The notes under the pieces: model-generated
What the model saw: only the letters and a program-made list of their open reading frames with translations
The model's database searches: none
What the model was told of the DNA's origin: nothing
Source: Mobula hypostoma
Taxonomy: Eukaryota
DNA: 64,000 nt
Direction of reading: 5' to 3'
Assembly: GCF_963921235.1 (NCBI RefSeq)
Contig: NC_086124.1
Location: forward strand, 15,562,001-15,626,000
Made by a program: the position numbers and the translations under genes
In this document: positions 26,641 to 41,049 of the stretch, piece after piece
How positions within the stretch are numbered: the stretch's first letter is position 1
Layout: every line of letters starts with the position of its first letter

Positions 26641-27356
26641 TTCAGCACTGAGAGAGGAAGAGAGTTAACATTTCAGGTCAGAATTTGGAAAGTGAAACAA
26701 AAGCAAGTTTGTTTTAATTTACAGAAAAGAATGGGGAGAGATCGATGGGATGAAATTAACATCAGTATAAACCAATGCCAGGTGGAACAGGTTAATGGAG
26801 ACAATGGTAAATATGATTATCATTCATCAGGTTTCAAGTAGCAGAGTACGTAGATTCACACTTTCACAGAATGCTACAGAATGAAAACAGGCAATTTGGC
26901 CCATCCAGTCTCTAGTTTTGTTCCTTTTTTCGAATATCATCGTTTATTTTCTGGAGAATTGAGTACAATTCTGAAGAGGTACTGTGTCAGTTATCCAGGA
27001 CATTCGATAGCAATGTTACTGACTAACCTTAAATATGAGACCGTAGTAAAAGGGAAATTGATCCAAACCATCTCTCCGGGGAACATTCGAACATTTTGTA
27101 GACACCAGCAGAAAACTCCCTCCACTCTGGAAATGATTCATCAAACCATCTGCACACATCGACAGAAATAAGATAAGATAGATTAGAATGACTTTAGTGT
27201 TTTTGTAGAAGGAACTTACTCAGAAACATTTCGCAGTGACAACGAAACGCGTGTCCTTTACCCCGCGCTCATGGAATCCGCAGAGCAGCCCTTCCACAGA
27301 GACTGTGAGCGGCTCTGAAAAGAGCCTTTGGGTCAATGGGTTCAGATTCTGTTCGC

Positions 27357-27702
27357 TGCACTTGCTGGCACTGCCGGTTTTCTCGAACAACATCACAGCC
27401 TGGATGTTGGGCAGCACCCCGCCCTGAGCGATGTTCACTCCCTCCCCCCCGCAGCTTGTTAAGATCGTCGGCGTTGCGGACAGCCATCTGCAGATGCGGT
27501 TCTTTTTGTTGTCCCGGGCCAACTCGAGGATTTCAGCGGTCAGATACTCGAGCACAGCAGCTAGATAGACCGGGGCTCGCTCAGCATAGTTATCCTTTCT
27601 CAGAAGCCTGCGAACGCGGCCAAGCGAGTACCTCGGTCCCAGGGTCGAGCGAGACTTGGCTTTGGAACGAGCATTCCCGCCCGAATTTACTCGTCCACTC
27701 AT
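27357..27702 (-). pseudogene. H2A: Histone H2A pseudogene (multiple deletions, lost stop codon)
   Basis: H2A segments [19 protein letters not shown] and [13 protein letters not shown] with deletions; stem-loop retained at 27311-27326. Confidence 0.9.
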
Positions 27703-28097
27703 TTTCATACACTCAGCAATTTACAGAAAGAATGAGGAAATACTTTCGGCCCTCGACCTTCACATAACATCTGGGGGAATGCTGTGCGACGTTTATGATT
27801 GGTGCAATAACATTTAACTTCATCGGATGATTAGCTGTCTCCAATCGGAGAGGTGCCTTATTTACCATCAAAATCAAAGAAAAAGCGCGGAAAACAACCG
27901 CTTCCTCTCCGAAAATAAGCAGAAATTTCAAACAGCCCGCCAAAAATCTTCAGTTCAAAGCTAATCAAAAATGAAATCATTGCAGATCTGCTCGTTGGCT
28001 TACTCTCCGCAGTAACGCACTACTGAAGTCCGGCACATCCAATCTTTCAGTGCAGCTAATACTGCAAAAGTGTCTGGGGAATTATTTCTAAATAAGA

Positions 28098-28216
28098 GAA
28101 AATCGGTAGATGCCGGAAATCCAAGCAAAGCACACAAAGTACTGGAGGAACTCAGCAGGCCAAGCAGCATCGGTGGAAAAATGCTGCCTAGCCTGCTGTT
28201 CCTCCAGCATTTTGTG
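28098..28216. repeat. Palindromic Penelope-like short element (same family as 13010-13110)
   Basis: Arms 28133-28170 and 28181-28216 are inverted copies. Confidence 0.7.
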
Positions 28217-28493
28217 AGCTATGTGGGAGTGAAATTCACCGATTTCTCTACTCAGAACAAGTGTTCATTCTCAGTTGCAGTCCTCGGTCGGTCATTGTGT
28301 GAATTGCATATGAACGAGTTGCTTTTCTCAAACTACGACTGAAGTTTAGTCTGCAATTTTAACGAATTATTTGTAAAAGAACCGTCTGGCATTGAAATGG
28401 GATTCAGGGAATAAGAAATACAGCTCTGTTAATGAAATATTGAGTGGCTCTTAAAAGAGCCTTTGGGTTTTCGGTTTGTTTTGGCAGCACTCT

Positions 28494-28865
28494 TCACTTG
28501 GAGCTGGTGTACTTGGTCACTGCTTTTGTCCCTTCCGACACGGCGTGCTTAGCCAGTTCCCCGGGGAGCAGCAGGCGCACGGCGGTCTGGATCTCCCGGG
28601 AGCTAATAGTCGACCGCTTGTTGTAATGGGCTAGGCGGGAGGCCTCGCCAGCGATGCGCTCGAAAATGTCGTTCACGAACGAGTTCATGATGCTCATGGC
28701 CTTGGAGGAGATACCGGTGTCAGGGTGAACCTGTTTCATCACTTTGTAGATATAGATGGAGTAACTCTCCTTCCTCAGCCTCCTACGCTTCTTGCCAGAC
28801 TTGCCTGATGGCTTCGGCAGCGCTTTCTTAGCGCCCTTCTTGGGAGCAGGCTTCTGATCGGGCAT
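28494..28865 (-). CDS. H2B: Histone H2B
   Basis: 123-aa ORF, stem-loop 28446-28461, TATTTAAA upstream. Confidence 0.97.
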   Translation of the reverse strand: MPDQKPAPKKGAKKALPKPSGKSGKKRRRLRKESYSIYIYKVMKQVHPDTGISSKAMSIMNSFVNDIFERIAGEASRLAHYNKRSTISSREIQTAVRLLLPGELAKHAVSEGTKAVTKYTSSK

Positions 28866-29229
28866 TTCTTCCGTTTAGTTGAGACCCAGCAATGAGAATA
28901 ATAATACACGGAGCGCGGTTTAAATAGGCAGCGTGACACCGATATGCTGAAGAGGGATAGGGAATTCAAGCATTTTCATTGGCTGCTTGGGGAGACGAAT
29001 CAGCCATTCAATTTATTTCTACAGATCTTTTCATTGGATATCAGAGGGGAGATATTATAATCGCACGCTCCAGCAATGAGGAGCCTCTCAACGTTGCCAA
29101 CCCGCGGCGGTTCTCTGTGCCATTTATTACGACAGAATGCATAAGAGAGGGGACTGGGACTGAAACTGAAATTACACAATGGAAAACGTAAAATACAATT
29201 GCAGATGGAAGAAAAACACGTTCAGATGA

Positions 29230-29855
29230 AAAGTTAAGCATATTTATTATCCAAGTACATAATGTCACTATCATCAAGCATGATTCATTTTCTTGCGGGC
29301 ATACTCAATAAATCGCTAACAGAATATTAGACATGACAGAATAAGTGGAAGACCGATCCAACTTGGAGATTCAACAAGTGTGCTAAAGACTCAAAATATG
29401 CAAATAAAATATAAAGAAATAATAATAAATAAATAAATAAGCAAACTATATTGAGAACATGAGATGAATAGTCCTTGAAAGTGAGACCAGGTTGTGGAAT
29501 CATTTCAGTGATGAAGAGGATGTTCCTTTGGTTCAGGAGCCTGACGGTTGAGGGATAATAACCATTGCTGACACTGATTGTGTGAGTCGTGAGGCTCTTT
29601 TACCTTTTACCCGATAGCATCAATGAGAAGAGAGCATGTCCTGTGAGGTGGCGGGGGCGGGGGGGGGGTGGGTCCCTGATGATAGCTACCGATTTCCTGA
29701 AACAATGTGCTCATTGCAGGGAGGACTTTGCCCATGATGGACTGAGCTGCATCCACTAAGTTTTTGTAGGGCTTTCCATTCAAGGACACTTGGCATTTCC
29801 ATACCAGCTGTGATGCAGCCAGTCAATATACTTTCCACCACACATCTATAGAAGT
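29230..29855 (-). mobile_element. Rex1/Babar-like LINE 3' fragment (paralog at 55800-56390, plus strand)
   Basis: Motif FYRCVVESILTGCITA. Confidence 0.65.
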
Positions 29856-29879
29856 TAATAGAAAATGAAATATTGCAAT

Positions 29880-30945
29880 ACAGAACATTAAAAGTATCAA
29901 ACATAGAAAAATACAGCACAGGGACAGGCCATTTGGCCCTCAGTGTTGTGCCAAACCAGCTAAAAAACAAATCATAAACATGCAAACACTAATTCCTCCT
30001 ACCTGCACCATGTCCATATCCACACATCCATGTGTCTAACCAAAAGTCTATTAAAAGTTTCTTATTTATTTGCCTCTACCACCATTCCAGGCATCCATGA
30101 CTCTGGGTAAAAAAACACCCATCATATTCCCCTTGAACCTACCCCTGTCACCTTCAGTGCATGCCCTCTGACACTTCAACCCTGGGAAACAGATACTCTC
30201 TGTCCACTCTATCTATGCCTGTCATAATTGTGTAAACCTCTATCAGATTTCACCTCAGCCTATAATCCTCCATAGAAAACCATCCATGCCATCTAAACCA
30301 GGCCGCGTCCTGGTAAACCTCTCCTGAACCCTCTCCAAAGTCCCAACATCCTTCCTATAGTGGGGCATACTCTAGATGTGGCCTCGCCAGAGTTTCATAA
30401 AGTTGCAACAGAAAAGGTCTCCTTTATTCCCATTCTTTGCCTCCTGCTAGTCAGCTAATCTTCTATTCATACAAGTACTTTTCCAGTAATACCATAGACT
30501 TTTATCTTCTTAAGCAACATCATCTTCAACAACTTGTGCAAGGCTTTCTGAAAATCCAAATAACCAACATCTACTGACTTTCCTTTGTTTATTTTGCGTG
30601 TTATTTCCTCAACAACACGCAGAATAGGTCTCAGGGTACTTGCAGACCAATGATAAAACAGGCCACAGAGTCAGTATGGTTTCCTCAAGGGAAAATCTTG
30701 CCTGAAAAATCTGTTGAAGTCCTTTGAAGAAATAACAAGAAGGATAGACAAAGGAGAATCGGTTGATGTTGGGCGCTTGGATTTTCGGAGGTGCCACACC
30801 TGAACCTGCTCAACAAGCTACGAGCCCAAGGTATTACAGGAGAGATTCTGACATGGACAAAGCAGTGGCTGCTTGGTAGAAGGCAAAGAGTGGGAATAAA
30901 AAGGGAGCCTTTTCTGGATGGCTGCCGGTGAATAGTGGTGTTCTG
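29880..30945. mobile_element. Mosaic of CR1 fragments in both orientations
   Basis: CR1 3' tail on the minus strand, with RT remnants on both strands. Confidence 0.65.
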
Positions 30946-31249
30946 AATATCAGCATTTAATTTTCAGAGAATTGAGCACAAAGCTGATGAGGTTTTGGGT
31001 CAGTTATCCCGGGGGTTGTGTGGTAATGTTACAGTTTGTGTTCCCTTGTGGCTAAACCGTTGAAAATTGGCGGTAGCGGATCAGGAAACTGAGAGGCCGG
31101 TCTCTGCTCTGGCCGTCCCTCTGACTCTGCCTCTGCCTCCACCCCTCCCCCCTCTCTCTCCCTTACTGCGCGTTTCTCGGGCAGGTCGGGGCGCTGTGTA
31201 TAAAGGAGACAGCAGCGGTCGGTTCGTCATTTAGCAGCGTCTGTGGTGA

Positions 31250-31570
<321 letters not shown>

Positions 31571-32453
31571 GGAACTCCTGATTCTGAACACAACACAAAG
31601 GCTCTTTTAAGAGCCACCCACCACCTCACAGAGAGAGCAGTGACCCGGAGCAGAAATAGATGCCTTTGGAATAATTTATCGGTGAAACAAACCTTGTGCT
31701 TGTCCGTAGTTTATTTTAAGTGAGTCCCCTACACGGTACAGTTGAGGTGGAGATGATGGTTGATAGTGAAAATTACCAGTGACTAGACCGGTACAGACTA
31801 TATGCGAGCGTTGGGAGTTAATCTAAATCATGGACGGGGCAAACATGAATCAAAAGTCTGTCCCCTCCCGTACTGTTCAAATTGGCGTTTAGCAGTCTCC
31901 CGCAGAAAACTACCTCAGCTCCGATAACGATTCAGTAAACTGGGCTTGTTTAGAAAATAAATACAGCAATTTTAAAAGTTAGGATAACTCCCCCAAAAAC
32001 CACTCCCAGTGACAATGATATGTTCGGGTTATTCGAAATGGAAACTGCAGCCTATCATTTCGGACTGGCTGCAGTCCGACCAGCCAGTCACACACATCGG
32101 TACTTGGGCACAGATGATGCTAACCCACCCGTCGTGGTTGTTCTGGAAGGGGCTGCTGTTTGAATTCGACAGCAGATATGAAGCCGATCGCACTGCGGAC
32201 AGGGCTGACATTGCTTCCAACAGTCGGCGGAGGGCCCAGCTTCGACATTTCAGACTGAGCACCCACCGTTAACCCTTTCGTTTTGCACCAGTAAGGAATT
32301 CCAATGGACCCTGCCTGCCAGCTGGTATAACAATCTAATCCGGACAAGAGCCCTTTCCCCCGCGCTTAAGGTATCCGCAGAGCAGCCCTTTCACAGACAC
32401 TGTGAGTGGCTCTGAAAAGAGCCTTTGGGTCACTGGGTTCAGATTTTGTGTCT

Positions 32454-33002
<549 letters not shown>

Positions 33003-33364
33003 TCAAGAAACAGTAGCAGAGGCGTGGAAAATAACCTTTTACTCCCCTAACATGAACTGAAATTTGACACAGCCCGCCAAAATCTTTGTTTAAACCTCAT
33101 CTGAAATGAAGTCTTTCCAGTTCTATTTATCGACTACGCATTCACCCATTACTGAAGTCAGCCACATTTAATATAAGTGTAGCTATTATTGTAACAGTGT
33201 CTGGCTATTTAATTCGCCGACTTCTTTCAACGGATGAACGTTCAGAATAAAAATCGATTCTCAGCTTCTGTTCGCGGTCATTGCATGAACGGTATCGGTT
33301 TATGAATGAGTTGCTCTTTTCAAACTGCGACTTGACTTTAGTCTACAGTTTTCCTAATGTAAAG

Positions 33365-34945
33365 AGAGACAGGGAAGTTAAAGCTAAGGAGAGGGCATAT
33401 AATAGAGCAAAAAACAGCGGGAAGTTACAAGATTGGAAAGCTTTAAAGAACAACAGAAGGGAACCAAATTCATAGAGGTGGAATCCTAAAATGGGATTGC
33501 CAGAAATCCTGAAGAGGATACCAAAGGTTTCTTCAGATATATAAAGAGTAAGAGAGAAGCTGACGGTGACTAGTGGTGTTTCTTGGGGATCTGTGTTTGG
33601 ACTGCTTTCCTTTATGTTATATGTCAATGATTTGAATGATGGAATTGATCGCTTTGTGCCAAGTTTGTGGATGATACAAAGGTAGGTGGAGGGGCGAGTA
33701 GTGTTGCAGAAGCAGAGAGTCTGACGAAGGATTTAGACAGATTAGGAGAATGGGCAAGGAAGTGGCAGATGGAGTACAGCGTCAGGAAGTCTTTGGTTGT
33801 GAACTTTGGTAGAAGAAGTAAAAGCATAACCTATTTCTAAATGGGAGAAAATTCAAAAATCGGAGATGCAGAGGGACTTGGGAATCATCGTGCAGGATTC
33901 CCTAACGATTAATTTGCAGCTTGAGTCGGTGGCGAGGAAGACTTTATAAGGCATCGGTAAGGCTTCACTTGGAGTGCAGTGAGCAGTTGTGGGACCATTA
34001 TCAAAGAAAAGATGTGCTGATATCGTAAAAGTTTCAAAGGAGATTCAAAAAATAATAATAATTCTGGGATAGAAAGGCTTCCAGTATGAAGAGCATTTGA
34101 AGTCTCTGAGCCTCGACTTACTGGAATTCAGAAGAATGAGTAAACCTCATTGAAAATATCAAATGTTAAAAGGCCTTGATAGAGTGAATATGAGGAGCAA
34201 GTTTCCTATGGTGGGGGAGTATAAGACTAGCTGAAGCCCGTTTGAGTATCTGAAGGGACCGCTGCTCGGATTCTGGTTGTACTTCATCCCTGTGCTCCTC
34301 ATACATGGGCACCCAGCGAGGAGGATCTACTGGTGCGCTTGCTCCTGGGCCTGGCCAAGGTGGCCATGATGGCCATTTACAGGTCCAGGCAGCAGAAATT
34401 CGAAGGGTCTGCAAGGGCCGACTGCCTGCCCCTGTTATGGTGATACATTAGTGCCCAGCTATCATTGGAGAGGGAACATGCAGTCACAATGGCTACAGTG
34501 GGGGATTTCCCGGAGCAGTGGGTCCCCTGGAGTTGACTGTTTGATAGGTGATAATAATCATATTTTAATTTGAATTTATTCACCGTCTTGTAAATGCTGA
34601 ATGTTTGTACTTTGTGTATTTTTTGAGCGAATAAACTTTTTATAGATTTGTAGAAAAAAATATTAGCGGGACATCCACTTAGAAGGTAGATGAGGAGGAA
34701 TTCCGTTAGTCAGACAGCGGTGAATCTGTGGAATTCCTTGCCACAGGCGGCTGTGGAGGCCGTGATTGAGTATACTAAGGCAGGGGTTGAAAGATTCATT
34801 ATTAGTCAGGGCCTAAAGGTTTACAAGGAGAAAGCAGGAGACTGGTGCTGAGAGGGAAATGGATCAGCCATGATGAAACAGCAGAGTACACTCAATGGGC
34901 CAAATGACCTAATTCTGCTCCTATAGTATATCTGATGGTCTTTTG
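33365..34945 (+). mobile_element. CR1 fragments with a nested L1/Tx1-like 3' end at about 34230-34660
   Basis: The insert encodes an LLLGLAKVA-like C-terminus and ends with AATAAA and an A-tract; the CR1 3' tail resumes at about 34665. Confidence 0.7.
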
Positions 34946-35464
34946 GCATTTAAACCGGTATGGCCAAGGAATCAGAACAGACAACAACACAGTTAGGCTG
35001 TACATCCACTATCCACTGCAAGGATTGCCACCATTTCATTAGTATTGTGAGGTTCTGGGTGGGGGTGTGGTTGACAGCCTGCTTGTTCATTTCTAATGAC
35101 CCGCACTGTTTTTGTTCTTGTGTAAAAATGCTTTTGTGGGATTATGGTGGGAAGTTTCAGTTCGTTTATTGTTACATTTTAGCTTGCGTCATACAGTTAT
35201 TTGCTTGTGTTTTTGTGGGTCACCCTAACTGATGGTCACCTCCCCCGTTGGTGTGAGACTGGTTGGATTCACTCTCTGGGTCATGGTGCCCAGTCTGTTT
35301 GTGTCTATCACAATAAAATGGTTGTTGAGTTAAAGGGCTTCCTATTCTGTCATTATACTGTGGTGAGCATTTGGTCTATAAACTAAAAGTTCATTAGACT
35401 GACACCTGAAATTCTGGGACATAGACTGCTGCACTGGCGTCGTGAGACTCTGGGCCTTTAGAAC

Positions 35465-37570
35465 CATCTGTAAACAATTGGGATCAGATGTTTTCAGGGA
35501 AATGTACGGAAGAAATGTGGCAAATATTCAGGGGATATTTGAGTGGAGTTCTGTGTAGGTACTTTCCAATGAGACAGGGAAAGTATGGTAGGGAACAGAA
35601 ACTGTGGTGTACAAAGGCTATTGTAAATCTAGTCAAGTAGAAAAGAAGAGCTTACAAAAGGTTCAAAATACTAGGTAATGATAGAGATCTAGAAGATCAT
35701 AAGGAGCTTCAGAAAGAAATTAAGAGAGCCAGAAGGGGCCATGAGAAGGCCTTGGTGGACAGGATTAAGGAAAACCCCAAGGCATTCTACAAGTATGTGA
35801 AGAGCAAAAGGATAAGACGTGAGAGAATAGTGTGACATTGGAAAAGTGTATATGGAACCGGAGGAGATAGCAGAGGTACTTAATGAACACTTTGCTTCAA
35901 TATTCACTATGGAAAAGGATGTTGGCGACTGTAGGGATGACTTACAGCAGACTAAAAAGCTTGAGCATGCAGATATTAAGAATGAGAATGTTCTGGAGCT
36001 TTTGGAAATCATCAAGTTGGATAAGTCACCGGGACCGGATGAGATATACCCTAGGCTACTCTGGGAGGTGAGGGAAGAGATTGCTGAGCCTCTGGCGATG
36101 ATCTTTTCATCATGAATGAGGATGGGGGAGGTTCCGGAGGATTGGAGGATTGCAGATGTTGGATGAAAGGGAGTAGAGATAGCGCAGGAAATTATAGACC
36201 AGTGAATTTTACTTCAGTGGTTGGTAAGTTGATGGAAAAGATTCTGAGAGGCAAGATTTATGAACATTTGGAGAGGCATAATATGATTAGGAATAGTCAA
36301 CATGATTTTATGAAAGGCAGGTCGTGCCTTATCAGCCTGATTGAATTTTTTGAGGATGTGACTAAACACATTGATGAAGGTAGAGCAGTGGATGTAGTGG
36401 ATATAGATTTCAGCAAGGCATTTGACAAGGTACCCTATGAAAGGCTGATTGAGAAAGTAAGGAGGCATAGGATCCAAGGGGACATTGCTTTTTGGATCCA
36501 AAACTGACTTGCCCACAGAAGGCTAAGAGTGGTTGTAGATGGGTCATAATCTACATGGAGGTCGGTAACCCATGGTGTGCTTCAGGGATCTGTTCTGGGA
36601 CCCAACTCTTCGTGATTTTTATAAATGACCTGGATGAGGAAGTGGAGGGATGGGTTAGTAAGTTTGCTGATGACACAAAAGTTGGGGGTGTTGTGGATAG
36701 TGTGGAGGGCTGCCAGAGGTTACAGCGGGACATTGATAGTATGCAAATCTGGGCTGAGAAGTGGCAGATAGAGTTCATCTCAGATAAGTGAGGTGGTTCA
36801 TTTTGGTATGTCAAATATGATGGCATAATGTAGTATTAATGATAAGACTCTTGGCAGTGTGGAGGATCAGAAGGACCTTGGGGACTGAGTCCATAGGACA
36901 CTCAAAGCTGCTGCGCAGGTTGCCTCTGTGGTTAAGAAAGCATACGGTGCATTGGCCTTCATCAATCATGGGATTGAGTTTAGAAGCCGAGAGGTAATGT
37001 TGCAGCTATATAGGACACTGGTCAGACCGCACTTGTAGTACTGTGCTCAGTTCTGGTCACCTCACTACAGGAAGGATGTGGAAACTATAGAAAGGGTGCA
37101 GACATTTACAAGGATGTTGCTTGGATTGCAGAGCATGCCTTACGAGAATAGGTTGAGTGAACTCGGCCTATTTTCCTTGAAGCGACGGAGGATGAGAGGT
37201 GACCTGATACAAGTGTATAAGATGATGAGAGGCAATGATTGTGTGGATAGTCAGAGTCTTTTTCCTCGGGCTGAAATGGCTAGCACGACAGGGCACAGTT
37301 TTAAGGTGCTTGGAAGTAGGTACAGAGGAGATTTCAGGGGTAAGTTTTTTTTTACGCAGAGAGTGGTGAGTGGATGGAATGGGCTGCCGGTGACGGTAGT
37401 GGAGGCGGATACAATAGGGTCTTCTAAGAGACTCCCGGACATGTACATGGAGTTCAGAAAAGATAGAGGGCAAAGGGTAACACTGGGTAATTTCTAAAGT
37501 AAGTACATGTTTGGCACATCATTGTGGGCCGAAGGACCTGTATTGTGCTGTAGGTTTTCTATGTTTCTAA
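35465..37570 (+). mobile_element. CR1 LINE, 5'-truncated ORF2 plus 3' tail
   Basis: KSPGPDEIYP, DFSKAFDKVP, SKFADDTK; tail tgtttcta. Confidence 0.9.
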
Positions 37571-37869
37571 TGGAACCATTCCATCATATTGATGATGCAT
37601 ATAGAGTCACCACTACCTCCTCAGTTACACACCATTCCGACACTCCTCTCCCAAAGAGTTAAATCTACCCCAGGTAAAGGAAATAGCCAGGGAGGAATAA
37701 TGGATAAAGCCACACTAGGGCATAGGTCATATTAGACAGAGCCATGCTCTCTGCCTGGTCATTTGCTTCCCACCCAAAAATGCAAATCTTGCAATCTTGA
37801 TGATCCGAAAGATCTTTCAATGTATTGACTTGGAGTATCATCCTCATGATCACTGTGGTGTAACAAATA

Positions 37870-38105
37870 ATTCACAGCCATCTGCAAACTTCGCTAATAC
37901 ATTGGCATCAGCATTTCTTGCTGCAGAGCAGAGACAGAAGACCTAACAGCATCACAAACAGATTTAAAACCTGGGCTTGGATAACATCTAGCCATTTCAA
38001 AAGGAGGGGGCAGCAGACCCATAGGACCAACGGCATAATCGAAGACGGTTCTAATTAATGCATAATACAAAGTAATTATAAACACCCTTTTAGCCCCCCA
38101 AGGGT
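37870..38105 (-). mobile_element. Nimb/I-group LINE fragment
   Basis: WGAK..LYYALIRTVFDY..AVRSSVSALQ, similar to 46800-47000. Confidence 0.6.
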
Positions 38106-38109
38106 CTGA

Positions 38110-38360
38110 AAGGTCAAATTTCCATTTTCCTTTGGTGAGCTCAATAAGCCAATCAAAGAGTCGCCTTATTCGCCAATGAACGGAGAGCAGCAAGAACGGC
38201 GCCGAAAGTAACTGCCAGTTCCCCGGAAGCCCTGAAATTTGAAAAGCCTGCCGAAGAAGTTATGTATTGATCGGTAGTCTGCAATAATATGCACTGATTT
38301 ATTAATTCGAGCAAGATTTATTTTATGGTAAGAGCCCAGCTCACCAGTTTGAATGTTTCT
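38110..38360 (-). promoter_or_regulatory. Orphan H2A-type promoter remnant
   Basis: Paired CCAAT boxes and ctgaaatttgaaaagcctgcc resemble H2A upstream regions (e.g. 63600-63715); no H2A CDS follows. Confidence 0.5.
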
Positions 38361-38926
38361 GGTCATTTAGCTCCCAAAAGGCGATCCAGTTTATATTCGT
38401 GTTGGGTCTGTGTATAAATGGCATCGGGTTTCTCTTGTCAGACTTGATGTCTCATATTAAACTGCCGTCCAAGGCCAGTTTGCAACGCGAAAGTAATTGT
38501 TTTGCGCAAGAATCGGAATTCCAGTATATGCAGACTACTGTGTCCCCGCGAAACTCGACTAGAAACGGGATTGGTTACTAAATGTTAGATTGCATTGAAT
38601 AAGGCCCATTCTCTAGCAACCGCAAATCCCTGGAAACCCTGCCTAAAACCGTACTCGGCAAGGTTGTGAGATAGGGACATGCCGGCGGCGAGGGAAAGGT
38701 TATATCCCTAGTGCTGGCACAGAACTGTTGACTTTTCAGTTTCATGAAGGCCGAGCGGCTGGGAATAAAACAGGGACGCCTTATTGATTAGGACACACAA
38801 AAGGTCAGAGGGGAATGGCGTGTCGGTAACACGAAAGCTTAGAGCACAAGAAGTGACAGCCCTTTCCACTGTCGGATTGGTGGCCCTTAAAAGAGCCTTT
38901 TGTTGTGCTTGGTACCGGGGCTGGAT

Positions 38927-39343
<417 letters not shown>

Positions 39344-40206
39344 TCAGCAGTCCAAAGGCAACTTCAAATACCAGGCTAAGACTGTGGGAGGAGAAGCAGG
39401 AACCGGCTTTTTAAAGAAAAGATGAAGGGCCGCCCCACTCTCTTTGATTGGTTACAAAGGAGATGTCCATTGTAGCATCTCGGCGTTGCGATTGGCTGCT
39501 TTTCCATCACCAGTTTGAAGCTGGCCGGTGGTGGGGGTGGGGGTGGGGGAGATGGTGCGGAATGTTACCCATGACCAAATATGGAAATTGGAGACAGAAT
39601 TCAGCCAATCCGAGTGCAATGGTTGGATACCGGCTCAATTTCAAATCGCCCGCCAATTCCAAGGGCAAGCGGGTTTCTTACAATAAATAGAATCATAAAT
39701 TAACAAATTTCACCTTCAATTAAATCACCGATTTTCTTTCCTCAATTAGCTGAATGTGAATGTTTGCACTTTTACTGAATAGCGTATCGAGGTGAGTGAA
39801 TTCAGTCTTGCCGAAAACGGGGCGGACAGGCAGAGGATTTAGATCGATTTTACCTTACCACATTTTCTACAATGGTTTGGGGGAGAAAACAGCAACAAAA
39901 GGATTTCAAACGGACCACAGGAACCAACGCCGAACTGAAATGCTGCTCAATATATCTGCAAAACATTCATTACAAGGAAATAATTGAATTCTTTATCTCT
40001 TCCCACTCCAAATCGCTGTACAAATGTAAACAGACTGCCGCCATCTCATTTTATACACACCGCTCTGAGTTTTAGAGCAGAGAGACCTCTATTTTCCAGC
40101 TCCCTCCCGACGTTACTACAACCGTAAATTTTCTAGCTCTTTCCTGGGAGATGAGTGGCTCTTGGAAGAGCCGTTGTTTTCAGGTGTTTAAAGTTGCGGT
40201 TTTTGT

Positions 40207-40510
40207 TTACTTTTTGGCCGCCGCTTTCTTGACTTTCACAGATTTCGCCTTTGGCTTGGATTTTGCTGACCCTTTTGGGCGCCTTCGGGGCTACGATTTT
40301 CTTGGGGCTTTTGGGCTTCTGCGAATACTTCTTCCTCACTGATTTCTTAGCTGCAGCCCTTTTAGCCGTCGGTTTCTTAACACTTTGTTTCTGGGCGGGA
40401 GATTTCTTAGCTGCTTTCTTGGCCGAAGTTTCCTTGATTGATGGCTTCCTGGTCTGAGATGTCTTGGCCACTGCTTTCTTCACTTTTTTCCCCCGCGATT
40501 TTCGCGCTAC
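40207..40510 (-). pseudogene. H1: Histone H1 C-terminal tail only (truncated, frameshifted)
   Basis: Lys/Ala/Pro-rich tail with KSP motifs ending KVKKAAAKK*. Stem-loop 40157-40172 plus HDE aaagagct. No globular domain found upstream. Confidence 0.85.
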
Positions 40511-41049
40511 TGTCCAGTATCAAAAGGGAGATTAGTCGGGGTGGATGAATGAACAAGGAAATCATGGGGGTGGGGGGGGGGAAGGGAGTGGGAGAAGGTA
40601 AAGTTATGTTTGATGGTAGGATCTCTTTGGATATGGTGGAAGTTGCACAGAATGATGCAGTTTAAAGTAGTTTAAAACAATTTATTTGCAGTTTCCAAAT
40701 TAGAAACCATTTCTGAAACACAAATCCTTTCTAAAACATAAAGAATAAAGCATCAAGGATTTCCAAAACACAGGTATAATTTCTATAAACTAAAAAGACA
40801 TATCAATAAGTTGCAGAAAAATGAATAATCTGTTGCAGAAATCAAAGCTGGAGGAATAGATTCTTGTCACCCTGTATTTCTTCCATGATTCCTGATGTTC
40901 CTCACCCCATTCCTAATCGGCCTGAACTACTCTCTGCATTTACACCCTTTTCTCCTCTCACTTGGTTGACTTCACATGTATATATTTCCCCAGATATCCT
41001 TTCACAAAAATACTCAAATATTTTGGGGACATAGACCTCAGCTTCATAA

